36,982 nt of DNA from an uncultured Bacteroidaceae bacterium. Its GTDB lineage: Bacteria; Bacillota; Clostridia; Christensenellales; CAG-917. The position numbers were made by a program, and so were the translations under genes. The DNA lies in the NCBI GenBank assembly GCA_964367645.1, contig CAYIYN010000002.1:1-36982 (forward strand). Direction: 5' to 3'. The notes under the pieces are model-generated. The model was not told the origin of the DNA, made no database searches, and saw only the letters and a program-made list of their open reading frames with translations. This document shows positions 8,169 to 15,979 of this stretch, in pieces. Position 1 is the stretch's first letter. The number at the start of each line of letters is the position of its first letter.

Positions 8169-9692
8169 TTACTTTGAAATCGTTTCGTCGGTTTCACTGG
8201 GCGCGTCAGACGGCACTTGATTTAATTCGCTTGCGTCGATTGATACGCCGTCGGGGGTGGCGAGAGCGGCTGCCCCTCGCATTTGCTTTAAGCCTTCAAT
8301 CATTTCCTGTTTTTTCTTGCCGACTAGATCGTATTTGAAAATCGGAATACAACTTAGCAAATAGCAGATGCCCGGGAAGCCCGCAAAGGCGAAGTACACC
8401 CAGTTTTGGGTTTCTCTCGATATATCTTTTAGCAGTGAGCCCGAAACGTAACCGCTGCGGCTAATAAACGCAAGCGAAACCGCCGTCACCATTGCCATCG
8501 TTATTTTTATTGCAAAGGAATTGACCGAATAAGATATACCTTCCGTGCGCTTGCCCGTCTTAAATTCATAATAATCCACAGCGTCCGCTATCATGAGCAT
8601 AGGCAGAATGTAATATGCGCCGCAACCCAAGCCTCTAAAGAACAAGAGCACGTATGCGATGTAAATTTTCCAGCCGTCATAGCCGATGGTAAAAGACACG
8701 GCGATACAAATCGCCGATAAAACGAAGTGATAAGTGGACATTCCGATAAAGGTCTTTCTCTCGTCGAATTTTTTAACAAGAATAGGCGATACAATCATTG
8801 AAATCATTCCGCCGATTGCCGTGGATAAACCGACGATTGCCGATTGTCCTTCGTCACCAAGCAGAGCACCGGCGGTCTGCGTGGGGATTGGCACTGCGCC
8901 CATACGCCCGAAACCAATGATATATGAGAGGAAAATCAACATAAGATATTTGTTGTTTTTGATTGCTTTTCCCATTTCTTTTAGGGAGTTTTTCTCGGCG
9001 TGATATACCACCCTTTCCTTGTTGAAAATCGGAATAAGTGCAAAACAACCGCAGCCGATTATTACGCATGCAATAGCGGATATAAGATATTCCAGTTCAT
9101 TAAATCCGCCCGCATTTTCAGAAAACGGTGTGTTTCCGCCCGGCACGCACCAGCACACAACCGGCATAATTACGGCAGGCATAACAAGACCGACAGTCTT
9201 AAAAGTGCTTGAAAGCGTGATTGCCGCATCGCGCTCTTTATTGTCCGTGGTTATAACGGCTGACATTGCTTGCGACGGTATATCACCAAGAGTCATGGCT
9301 ATGCACCACAAGAAATAAGTGATGAATATGTAAAAATACAGCACGGGATCGCTTGCCGATTTAAGTGACTCAAAAGGTGAAAAGATAATTATCGTAAAAA
9401 TTATCAAAGCGGGAATCGAATACCACATAAAGGGCTTCAATTTTCCGATTTTACTCTTGGTGCGGTCGATGAGGTTGCCTATGGCAGGGTCAAAAACTGC
9501 GCTTATAAGTTTGCAAACGAGCAAAATCGTGCCGACGATTGCAAAGTCCGCTCCCATTATTTTGTTGAAAAAACTCGCTTGGTACGAAGTCAGATAACCA
9601 ACTATAATTTGAAATCCGAACAAACCGAAAGCGTAGGCAAACAATTCCTTTTTGGACATTAGCCTGTTCGTGATTGCCGCTTTTTTTGCCAT
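8169..9692 (-). CDS. glycoside-pentoside-hexuronide (GPH):cation symporter family transporter
   Basis: 507-aa polytopic ORF. GGAGGGGG SD. GNLIDRTKSKIGKLKPFM matches the GPH/MelB signature D-R-T-x-S-x-x-G-K-x-K-P. Confidence 0.8.
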   Translation of the reverse strand: MAKKAAITNRLMSKKELFAYAFGLFGFQIIVGYLTSYQASFFNKIMGADFAIVGTILLVCKLISAVFDPAIGNLIDRTKSKIGKLKPFMWYSIPALIIFTIIIFSPFESLKSASDPVLYFYIFITYFLWCIAMTLGDIPSQAMSAVITTDNKERDAAITLSSTFKTVGLVMPAVIMPVVCWCVPGGNTPFSENAGGFNELEYLISAIACVIIGCGCFALIPIFNKERVVYHAEKNSLKEMGKAIKNNKYLMLIFLSYIIGFGRMGAVPIPTQTAGALLGDEGQSAIVGLSTAIGGMISMIVSPILVKKFDERKTFIGMSTYHFVLSAICIAVSFTIGYDGWKIYIAYVLLFFRGLGCGAYYILPMLMIADAVDYYEFKTGKRTEGISYSVNSFAIKITMAMVTAVSLAFISRSGYVSGSLLKDISRETQNWVYFAFAGFPGICYLLSCIPIFKYDLVGKKKQEMIEGLKQMRGAAALATPDGVSIDASELNQVPSDAPSETDETISK

Positions 9693-9717
9693 AATACCCC
9701 CTCCCCGCTAGTATACA

Positions 9718-10698
9718 TTAAACCATATATTCGCCCGTAAACGCAAGCATCTCTTTTTTGTATGCTTCAGTGTTTTTAAAATAACTCTGTCCGTGCCCCG
9801 TGTTTTCGTACAGCACCAGTTTTTTAGGACTTCCGCAAGCGTTATAACAAGCCTCTCCCATAGAATAAGGCACTGTGGCGTCCTTTTTGCCGTGGACAAA
9901 CATAATCGGCACCTTGCTGTTCTTTACCGATTCAAGCGCGCTGACGCCGTTTAAATCAAACTTTGCAATCGCTTTGCAGAAAAACCCGATGATGTTGAGT
10001 ATCGGAAAAGTTGGGACATGAAACATATTTTTCATCTGATATTCCAATTCCTCTTTCGTTGAGGTAAATCCGCAGTCGGAAATTATGCACTTTACGTTTT
10101 GCGGCAAATCAAGACACGACGCTTCCATAACCGCCGCCGCGCCCATAGAATTGCCTTGCATAACGATTTTATAATCGGGATTTTTATTTACAATTAATTC
10201 CAGCCATTTGAGCAAATCTTTGCCCTCCAACTGAGCAAATCCCGAATAAGCACCTTCGCTTTGTTCATGCGCGCGGTGATTTATCATAAACACGTCAAAA
10301 CCGCTTTCAAGATAAAATCTCGCCTGTGCCGGATATGTATTGTAACAAGTGGAGTTAAATCCGTGCGAAAGCAAAACCGCTTTGTCGGTATCCTTGCCGC
10401 ATTTGTAGAAATATCCGCTCAGTGTAAGACCGTCGTCGGAACGCACGGTTATTCTTTCACTTGGCAACTTTTTTAATTCGACAAGGTTGTCTGCATTAAA
10501 TTTGTTGAGATTGTCAAGTTCTTTCCCCATCATTTTGTAGGTGATGGCATTGGGTTTGTAAACGGCCTTGGGACGAGCAAACAATCTTTTAAAAACCAAA
10601 AGCGACGCTAAAACTAAAAGTAACACCAAACCGAGCACAACACCAAAAACGGTAATAACGATGTCGGTCGTGCTCATTGCTGATAGTATAGAGGTCAT
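9718..10698 (-). CDS. membrane-anchored alpha/beta-fold serine hydrolase
   Basis: 326-aa ORF with an AAGGAGA SD. N-terminal TM helix. HGFNS oxyanion-type motif, nucleophile elbow GNSMGA, and later HGKKDATVP and GHG, consistent with a Ser-Asp-His triad. Confidence 0.75.
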   Translation of the reverse strand: MTSILSAMSTTDIVITVFGVVLGLVLLLVLASLLVFKRLFARPKAVYKPNAITYKMMGKELDNLNKFNADNLVELKKLPSERITVRSDDGLTLSGYFYKCGKDTDKAVLLSHGFNSTCYNTYPAQARFYLESGFDVFMINHRAHEQSEGAYSGFAQLEGKDLLKWLELIVNKNPDYKIVMQGNSMGAAAVMEASCLDLPQNVKCIISDCGFTSTKEELEYQMKNMFHVPTFPILNIIGFFCKAIAKFDLNGVSALESVKNSKVPIMFVHGKKDATVPYSMGEACYNACGSPKKLVLYENTGHGQSYFKNTEAYKKEMLAFTGEYMV

Positions 10699-11068
10699 AA
10701 TAATCTCCTTTAAATCTATCTTTATGTGGATATTTATCGCACGCTTGTTGCGTGCTTAATTGGAATTGTAAATTAATTTGTTTTGGCGGCGTCTTTTCCT
10801 TTAGCCTAAAACTGCTAACGATTGAGAAAAGATTGCCGACTCAACATAATGTAAAAGTTCCGATAAAACGGCGACAAGCCATCTTTGTTACACTTTTAAC
10901 AAGTTATATTAGGCTCGCTTTTACACATTTCACCGAATATGTTATCAAAAAAACGCGCCAGATGGAAGAGAAAAGCCAAAATTCATAAAATTGGCTAATC
11001 ATCCAAACGTTTGCCTGCGTAATTTTTGAAGCCTTTCTCGGTTTTTATGCCCCGTCTTCTCTCTTTGA

Positions 11069-11389
11069 TTATTTGTCCGTATCTTTATTCTCTTCTATTT
11101 CTTTCGGGCTTTTGCACGGAGATTTTTTAACTCCGAAAAAGATTATCGCCACCATAAATGCCGCTATCGAAAAGAAAAGCAACAGCGTTGCAAGTTGCCC
11201 CATAATGTCAGTAATAAAGGGCTTTCTCACAGTCGCGGAATATTCTGCAAACATGAAGGATATTCCGTTAGCTCTGTCGTCGGCGGCATAGTGGAAAAAC
11301 ACATAATTCAACCCGTACATAATGCCGGAAGCGACAAGATTTATCAGTGACAGTAGGTACAGCTTCTTTTTTACAACCTGTTTATCCAT
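11069..11389 (-). CDS. small membrane protein (2-3 TM), unknown function
   Basis: 106-aa ORF starting 4 nt after the stop of the upstream dehydrogenase gene. GAGGA lies 11 nt upstream. It has hydrophobic segments and a charged C-tail. Confidence 0.55.
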   Translation of the reverse strand: MDKQVVKKKLYLLSLINLVASGIMYGLNYVFFHYAADDRANGISFMFAEYSATVRKPFITDIMGQLATLLLFFSIAAFMVAIIFFGVKKSPCKSPKEIEENKDTDK

Positions 11390-11393
11390 GATT

Positions 11394-12332
11394 TTATTTG
11401 TCCTCTTTTATTGCTTTCATGACTTTGATGACTTTCATATTTCTCTTGGCCTGAAGTTCCGCTCTTTCTTGACCGGTATAGTCTTTAAATCCTTTACCTG
11501 ATTTTATGCCGAGTCTTCCCTCTTTTATCATTTCCCCTGCTAATTTCGACGGTGTCATCTTTCTGCTAAGGAAAGGATAAAGCAGTCTTCCTACCTTTGC
11601 GGCAACGTCCCATCCGATATAATCCATAAGTTCAAGCGGACCTTCAAAAGGTGCTTTTAAACCTTGATTGCAGGTGAAAGCGGTGTCCACGTCTTCCATT
11701 GTCACCCAGCCTTTTTCCACCATGTAACTTGCTTCTCTAAGCAGCGCTGCAGTCATGCGGTTGACGATAAATCCGGGTACGTATTTGTTCAAGACGGCAG
11801 GTTTTTTGCCGATTTTTTCCATCAGCGCTCGTATATCCGTGACAAGTTCGGGCGCGGTGCAAGGTCCGCAAACTACCTCCACCAACGGTACGATATGCGA
11901 CGGATTGTTGAAGTGCGTGATTATAACTCTTTCGGGGTGGCTGACTTTTACGACTCCGAAAACGTTCATTGCAGAAGTTGTGCTGGATAGCACGCAGTCA
12001 GGACGGCAAACTTTGTCAAGAGTTGCAAACACCGACGCTTTTATTGCCTTAACTTCAGGCACGGCTTCAATGACCAAATCAGCGTCTTTTGCGGCATCGT
12101 AACTGTCGGAATAGGACAAATGTTTTTCGGTGTTCGCCGCTTGTTCTTCGGTTATAAAATTCTGCTCCAGCATAACGCGCACGTTTGCGGCAACCAGTTT
12201 CTTTGCCGTTTCCAAAGCCTCTTTTTTTACATCTATAACTATTGTATCGTAACCGAATGAGGCAAACGTTTGGGCAATTCCGTGGCCCATTGTGCCTGAA
12301 CCTATTACGGCTATGTTTTTGAATTCTCTCAT
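11394..12332 (-). CDS. NAD-dependent 3-hydroxyacyl-CoA dehydrogenase-fold enzyme (Hbd / L-carnitine dehydrogenase / CRYL1 superfamily)
   Basis: Rossmann motif IAVIGSGTMGHGIAQ. Catalytic-type residues STTS, THFNNPSHIVPLVEV (His, Glu) and GFIVNR. The start is moved to ATG 12332 (MREFKN), 5 nt downstream of AAGGAGA. The TTG at 12347 used by the ORF track lies inside that SD. Confidence 0.8.
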   Translation of the reverse strand: MREFKNIAVIGSGTMGHGIAQTFASFGYDTIVIDVKKEALETAKKLVAANVRVMLEQNFITEEQAANTEKHLSYSDSYDAAKDADLVIEAVPEVKAIKASVFATLDKVCRPDCVLSSTTSAMNVFGVVKVSHPERVIITHFNNPSHIVPLVEVVCGPCTAPELVTDIRALMEKIGKKPAVLNKYVPGFIVNRMTAALLREASYMVEKGWVTMEDVDTAFTCNQGLKAPFEGPLELMDYIGWDVAAKVGRLLYPFLSRKMTPSKLAGEMIKEGRLGIKSGKGFKDYTGQERAELQAKRNMKVIKVMKAIKEDK

Positions 12333-12350
12333 CTTATCTCCTTTCAAAGT

Positions 12351-12387
12351 TTAATTTCTCCGAGAGAATTTTTTTCGGAGAAATTAA
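12351..12387 (-). other. 13-bp stem-loop immediately upstream of the dehydrogenase SD
   Basis: TTAATTTCTCCGA (12351-12363) pairs with TCGGAGAAATTAA (12375-12387). No U-tract follows on the minus strand. It may be an mRNA processing, stability or attenuation element. Confidence 0.5.
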
Positions 12388-12433
12388 CTTGTAGTGCACC
12401 GTTACAGCGTGCGCGCGATACGCGCGCGCGCCG

Positions 12434-12467
12434 AAAATCGGTTTGCCCGATAAGGCAAACCGATTTT
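12434..12467 (-). terminator. intrinsic terminator-like hairpin directly after the ThDP-enzyme stop codon
   Basis: Perfect 14-bp stem AAAATCGGTTTGCC / GGCAAACCGATTTT with loop CGATAA. The stem ends in TTTT on the minus strand. A third GC hairpin (GCGCGCG-ATA-CGCGCGC, about 12410-12426) lies between the two. Confidence 0.55.
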
Positions 12468-12469
12468 AA

Positions 12470-14113
12470 CTAGAATGCGAAGCCTATCTTGACGTCCGTC
12501 ATTACGTTGACAACGGAAGGCTTGTCTTGTGCAAGGGCTCTGTCAATTGCTGCGCCGATGTCTTCAGGTTTGGTTACATATTCGCCGTAACCGCCCAAAT
12601 CTTCAATGACCTTGTCATATCTTACGTCGCGCAGATAAAGTCCGATAAATTCTTTGCCGGGAGCGGCTTTCTTCGCTTCGGAGTTCTTTATCATGCCCCA
12701 GCAGCTGTCGTTTAGAATCACTGTTGTAATCTTGATACCGTAACGCAAGCAGGTGTCATATTCCATTGCACCGTAGCCGAATGCGCCGTCGCCGGTCAGA
12801 AGTATAACTTTTTTGTCGGGGTGAGCCAGTTTTGCGGCTATTGCATAAGGAACGCCCACGCCAAGAGGTCCGAAGCTGCCGTTTGCAATGGTTAACAGTT
12901 GTCCGGGTCCCATTGCGGGCAGAGTCATATTGCCCCAAGATGCGGTGTCGCCGCCGTCTATAACAACAATCGTGTCTTTGTCAATGCGCTTTCTGAGTTC
13001 TGCGCAAAGACGGACGGGGTGAATCGGGATTTGAGGAGAGGTAAATGCCTGTCCCATGAACATCATCATTTGTCCAAGACTGTCTTTGAGCATTCCAATC
13101 CATTCGGTGTGTTTGGCGGGCTTGACTGCGGAAATGAGTTGCTTGAGTATTTCTTTTGCATCGCCCACGACGCCGTGCTTGATGTCAAGCTGGTCAGAAA
13201 TTGCCGCTCCGGCGATGTCTATACGGAGGATAGGTGCGCCCTTCGGGAAAGAGTTTTTGGGAAGGGTGTAACCGGTTCTTGTTCCGAGGACTATGATAAG
13301 GTCGGAGTTATCAATGGCTGCTTGGCAAACGGGGTGTTTGCTTGAACCTATGCAGATTGAGAGCGGGTGAGTGTCAGGAACTATGCCGCGTCCTGCGTTT
13401 CTTGTGAAAATCGGGCAATCGACTTTTTCGATGAATTCGGTCAGTTCTTTTGCCGCATCTGCCCAAAACGCACCGCTGCCCGCGATGACGATAGGGCTCT
13501 TTGCCGCGTCGATAAGTTCTGCCGCTTTTTTGATGTCTTCTGAATTGCCGGCGGGCTTGCCTCTGAAGCGCCAAGTGTCTTGCAGTTCGACTTTGGATTC
13601 GTCATACGCGACCGCTTCCATTTTGTCACGAGGAACTTCAAGGTACACCGGGCCCGGACGATCGTTCATTGTTTCGGCGATAGCTCTGCCGAAATACTCG
13701 GGTATTCTCATTCCGTCGGGAATTTGTCTTGCGTGTTTGCACATGTCGCCAACGAGCGGCATTTGATTGAAGTCTTGAAGTTCGTTGCGATCGAACTCTG
13801 AAACCTTTGCCTTGCCGCCTACGCAAAGAAGCGGAACTTGGTTGCAACTGGCGTTTGCGACACCGGTAATAAGGTTTGTAAATCCGGGGCCTGCCGTGCC
13901 GGTGCACACACCGGTTTTGCCGGTTGTGAGAGCCCAGCCTTCAGCCATGAACGCTGCGTTCATTTCGTGACGGCAACTGATAAATTTAATTCCTGCGTCG
14001 TTGCACGCTTCTACCATAGGATAAATATGTCCGCCGGGAAGTCCGAAGATATATTTTATCCCTTCTTTGGAAAATACTTTTTCTATTAGTTGTCCACCGT
14101 TTAATAATGCCAT
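12470..14113 (-). CDS. thiamine-diphosphate enzyme of the acetolactate synthase / oxalyl-CoA decarboxylase / 2-hydroxyacyl-CoA lyase superfamily
   Basis: 547-aa ORF with an AGGAGG SD. Catalytic-Glu context CRHEMNAAFMAEGW. GTAGPGFTN. ThDP-binding motif GDGAFGYGAMEYDTCLRYGIKITTVILND. NELQDFNQ sits where ALS enzymes have DAFQE and OXC/HACL have DYEELDQ. Confidence 0.8.
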   Translation of the reverse strand: MALLNGGQLIEKVFSKEGIKYIFGLPGGHIYPMVEACNDAGIKFISCRHEMNAAFMAEGWALTTGKTGVCTGTAGPGFTNLITGVANASCNQVPLLCVGGKAKVSEFDRNELQDFNQMPLVGDMCKHARQIPDGMRIPEYFGRAIAETMNDRPGPVYLEVPRDKMEAVAYDESKVELQDTWRFRGKPAGNSEDIKKAAELIDAAKSPIVIAGSGAFWADAAKELTEFIEKVDCPIFTRNAGRGIVPDTHPLSICIGSSKHPVCQAAIDNSDLIIVLGTRTGYTLPKNSFPKGAPILRIDIAGAAISDQLDIKHGVVGDAKEILKQLISAVKPAKHTEWIGMLKDSLGQMMMFMGQAFTSPQIPIHPVRLCAELRKRIDKDTIVVIDGGDTASWGNMTLPAMGPGQLLTIANGSFGPLGVGVPYAIAAKLAHPDKKVILLTGDGAFGYGAMEYDTCLRYGIKITTVILNDSCWGMIKNSEAKKAAPGKEFIGLYLRDVRYDKVIEDLGGYGEYVTKPEDIGAAIDRALAQDKPSVVNVMTDVKIGFAF

Positions 14114-14140
14114 AATTATGCCTCCTATTTGGGATTTTGG

Positions 14141-15874
14141 TTACCAATTACGATAATCGAGATGTTTGTACTTTTCCAGATGTCTTACCGGCAAGTTTAG
14201 CGCGTCGCGTCTGAACGGAGGTGCAAGCTGTGTGCCGTCAACCTCAAATTGAATGACTGTCGGGCGATTGGACGCTATTGCGGATTTAATCGCGGGACCA
14301 ACGTCTTCGGGTTTGTCAACGAATATACCGTTTGCGCCCATAGATTTTGCAACTTCTGCAAAGTTGGGAGCCTCAATATCAACGCCTATAAAGCGGTTGT
14401 CATAGAAATCAATCTGGTTTTTCTTTTCTGCGCACCAGGCGGTGTTGTGGAACACGCAAGATACCGTGGGAATATTTTCTTGAACTGCGGTTGACACTTC
14501 GTGCAAACTCATGCCCCATGCGCCGTCGCCGACGATGTTGATGACCGGGCAGTCGGGACGTGCAAGTTTTGCACCAAGACCGGCAGGATACGAGAATCCG
14601 GTGTTGCCGAAAGTCAAAGCCGCGATGTGCTTTTTGCCTTCGTTGAAGTTGAAATAAGTGTTTGCCGTGGATGCAACGTTTCCGATATCCGTGGCAACTA
14701 TCGTGTTTTCAGGGATTGCTTTTGAGATTTCAAGCAACACTCTGCGGGGATTCATAGGTTTGCCGGGAACCATCGCCAGGTCAACAATTTCTTTTGCAAA
14801 ATCATCTTTTTCCTTTTTGATTTCTGCCAAACGGTCATTATCTATCTTTCGTGTGCCGATTTTTGCTTCGAGCAGTTTCAAAATTTCTATGGAAGCCGCT
14901 TTCGCGTCGCCGATTATACCGACTTCGACAGGGTGCGTACGCGCAATGTTGAGCGGGTTGATGTCGATTTGAATGATTTTTGCCGTTTCCGGGAAATAAT
15001 CGATGTCAAATTGAGGAAGTGTGCCGAAAACCGACAAGCGTGTGCCGATTGCAAGCACGACGTCAGCCTGCGCCATAAGTTTCATGGCCGCTTTGCTGCC
15101 CATATAACCGATAGGGCCTGCCCAAAGAGGATGGTTTTTGGGGAATGCGTCGTTATGAAGGTAAGTGCAAGCAACGGGTGCGGTCAACAGTTCTGCGATT
15201 TTTGCTACGATATCCTGACAATCGGTGTCGACTACGCCGCGTCCCGACACAATAACGGGTTTTTTTGCGCTTGCAAGTATTTCTACCGCTCTTTTTAGCG
15301 ATTCGGGAGCTCCACAACCGCGATCATCGACGCGGTATTGGTGAGGTTCAAGTATATAATCTTCAACTTCGCCGTAGAAATAATCTCTCGGTATGTCCAA
15401 AAGCACCGGCCCGCGAAGTGCATATGCCATGCGGAATGCCGTTCTTGTGCAGTCTGCAGCGCGGGAAGGATGAGGAATTCTGATTGTCGCTTTGGTTATC
15501 GCTTTGAAAACCGAAACCTGATCGCATTCTTGGAAACCGTCCCAACCCACGGATTTTGTTCCTGCCGAGGGAGATATGACTACCATAGGGGTATGTCCCA
15601 TATTCGCGGCCGCAACGGACGTCACCATATTTGTGATTCCGGGACCGTTCTGTCCGATGACGACGCCGGCCTTGCCGCTAATTCTTGAATAGGCGTCTTC
15701 CATGTGAGCTGCGCTCTGTTCATGACGCACGGGGATAAATCTTATACCCGCGGCAGGAAACAGATCCAGCAAATCCATGAATGCCGAACCGACGATACCG
15801 GATACGTGATCAATTCCCTCTGCTACCAGCGTTTCACAAATTGCTTCGCTGGCAATCATTTTTAATTTTTGCAT
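14141..15874 (-). CDS. xsc: sulfoacetaldehyde acetyltransferase-like ThDP enzyme (Xsc, EC 2.3.3.15 candidate)
   Basis: 577-aa ORF with an AAGGAGG SD. Long stretches match my memory of characterised Xsc proteins. These include [73 protein letters not shown]...[25 protein letters not shown], and the C-terminal APPFRRDAL. Confidence 0.7.
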   Translation of the reverse strand: MQKLKMIASEAICETLVAEGIDHVSGIVGSAFMDLLDLFPAAGIRFIPVRHEQSAAHMEDAYSRISGKAGVVIGQNGPGITNMVTSVAAANMGHTPMVVISPSAGTKSVGWDGFQECDQVSVFKAITKATIRIPHPSRAADCTRTAFRMAYALRGPVLLDIPRDYFYGEVEDYILEPHQYRVDDRGCGAPESLKRAVEILASAKKPVIVSGRGVVDTDCQDIVAKIAELLTAPVACTYLHNDAFPKNHPLWAGPIGYMGSKAAMKLMAQADVVLAIGTRLSVFGTLPQFDIDYFPETAKIIQIDINPLNIARTHPVEVGIIGDAKAASIEILKLLEAKIGTRKIDNDRLAEIKKEKDDFAKEIVDLAMVPGKPMNPRRVLLEISKAIPENTIVATDIGNVASTANTYFNFNEGKKHIAALTFGNTGFSYPAGLGAKLARPDCPVINIVGDGAWGMSLHEVSTAVQENIPTVSCVFHNTAWCAEKKNQIDFYDNRFIGVDIEAPNFAEVAKSMGANGIFVDKPEDVGPAIKSAIASNRPTVIQFEVDGTQLAPPFRRDALNLPVRHLEKYKHLDYRNW

Positions 15875-15929
15875 TTTGTTGCCTCCTTAAGGTACATTAA
15901 TTGTAATTATATTTTTTTTCTTTCCATAA

Positions 15930-15967
15930 TTTAAGCCCTCGCGCGCTCTGCGCACGTTGGGCTTAAA
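15930..15967 (-). other. intercistronic stem-loop between the symporter and xsc
   Basis: TTTAAGCCC (15930-15938) pairs with GGGCTTAAA (15959-15967), with an inner GCGC/GCGC pairing. No clean U-tract follows on the minus strand, so it is not called a terminator. Confidence 0.45.
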
Positions 15968-15979
15968 GTGTTTGGTCTA

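Noticed and set aside
10726-10734. TGTGGATAT, an 8/9 match to the DnaA box TGTGGATAA, upstream of the hydrolase gene. Weaker 6-7/9 matches lie in 36835-36982.
   Set aside because: Isolated single boxes of this quality are expected by chance. No cluster plus DUE can be demonstrated inside the window, so no oriC call is made.
10752-10988. 78-aa plus-strand ORF in the 370-bp gap between the small membrane protein gene and the hydrolase gene
   Set aside because: It has no SD and an odd composition, and it lies in what is more plausibly the promoter/leader region of the minus-strand hydrolase-GPH operon.
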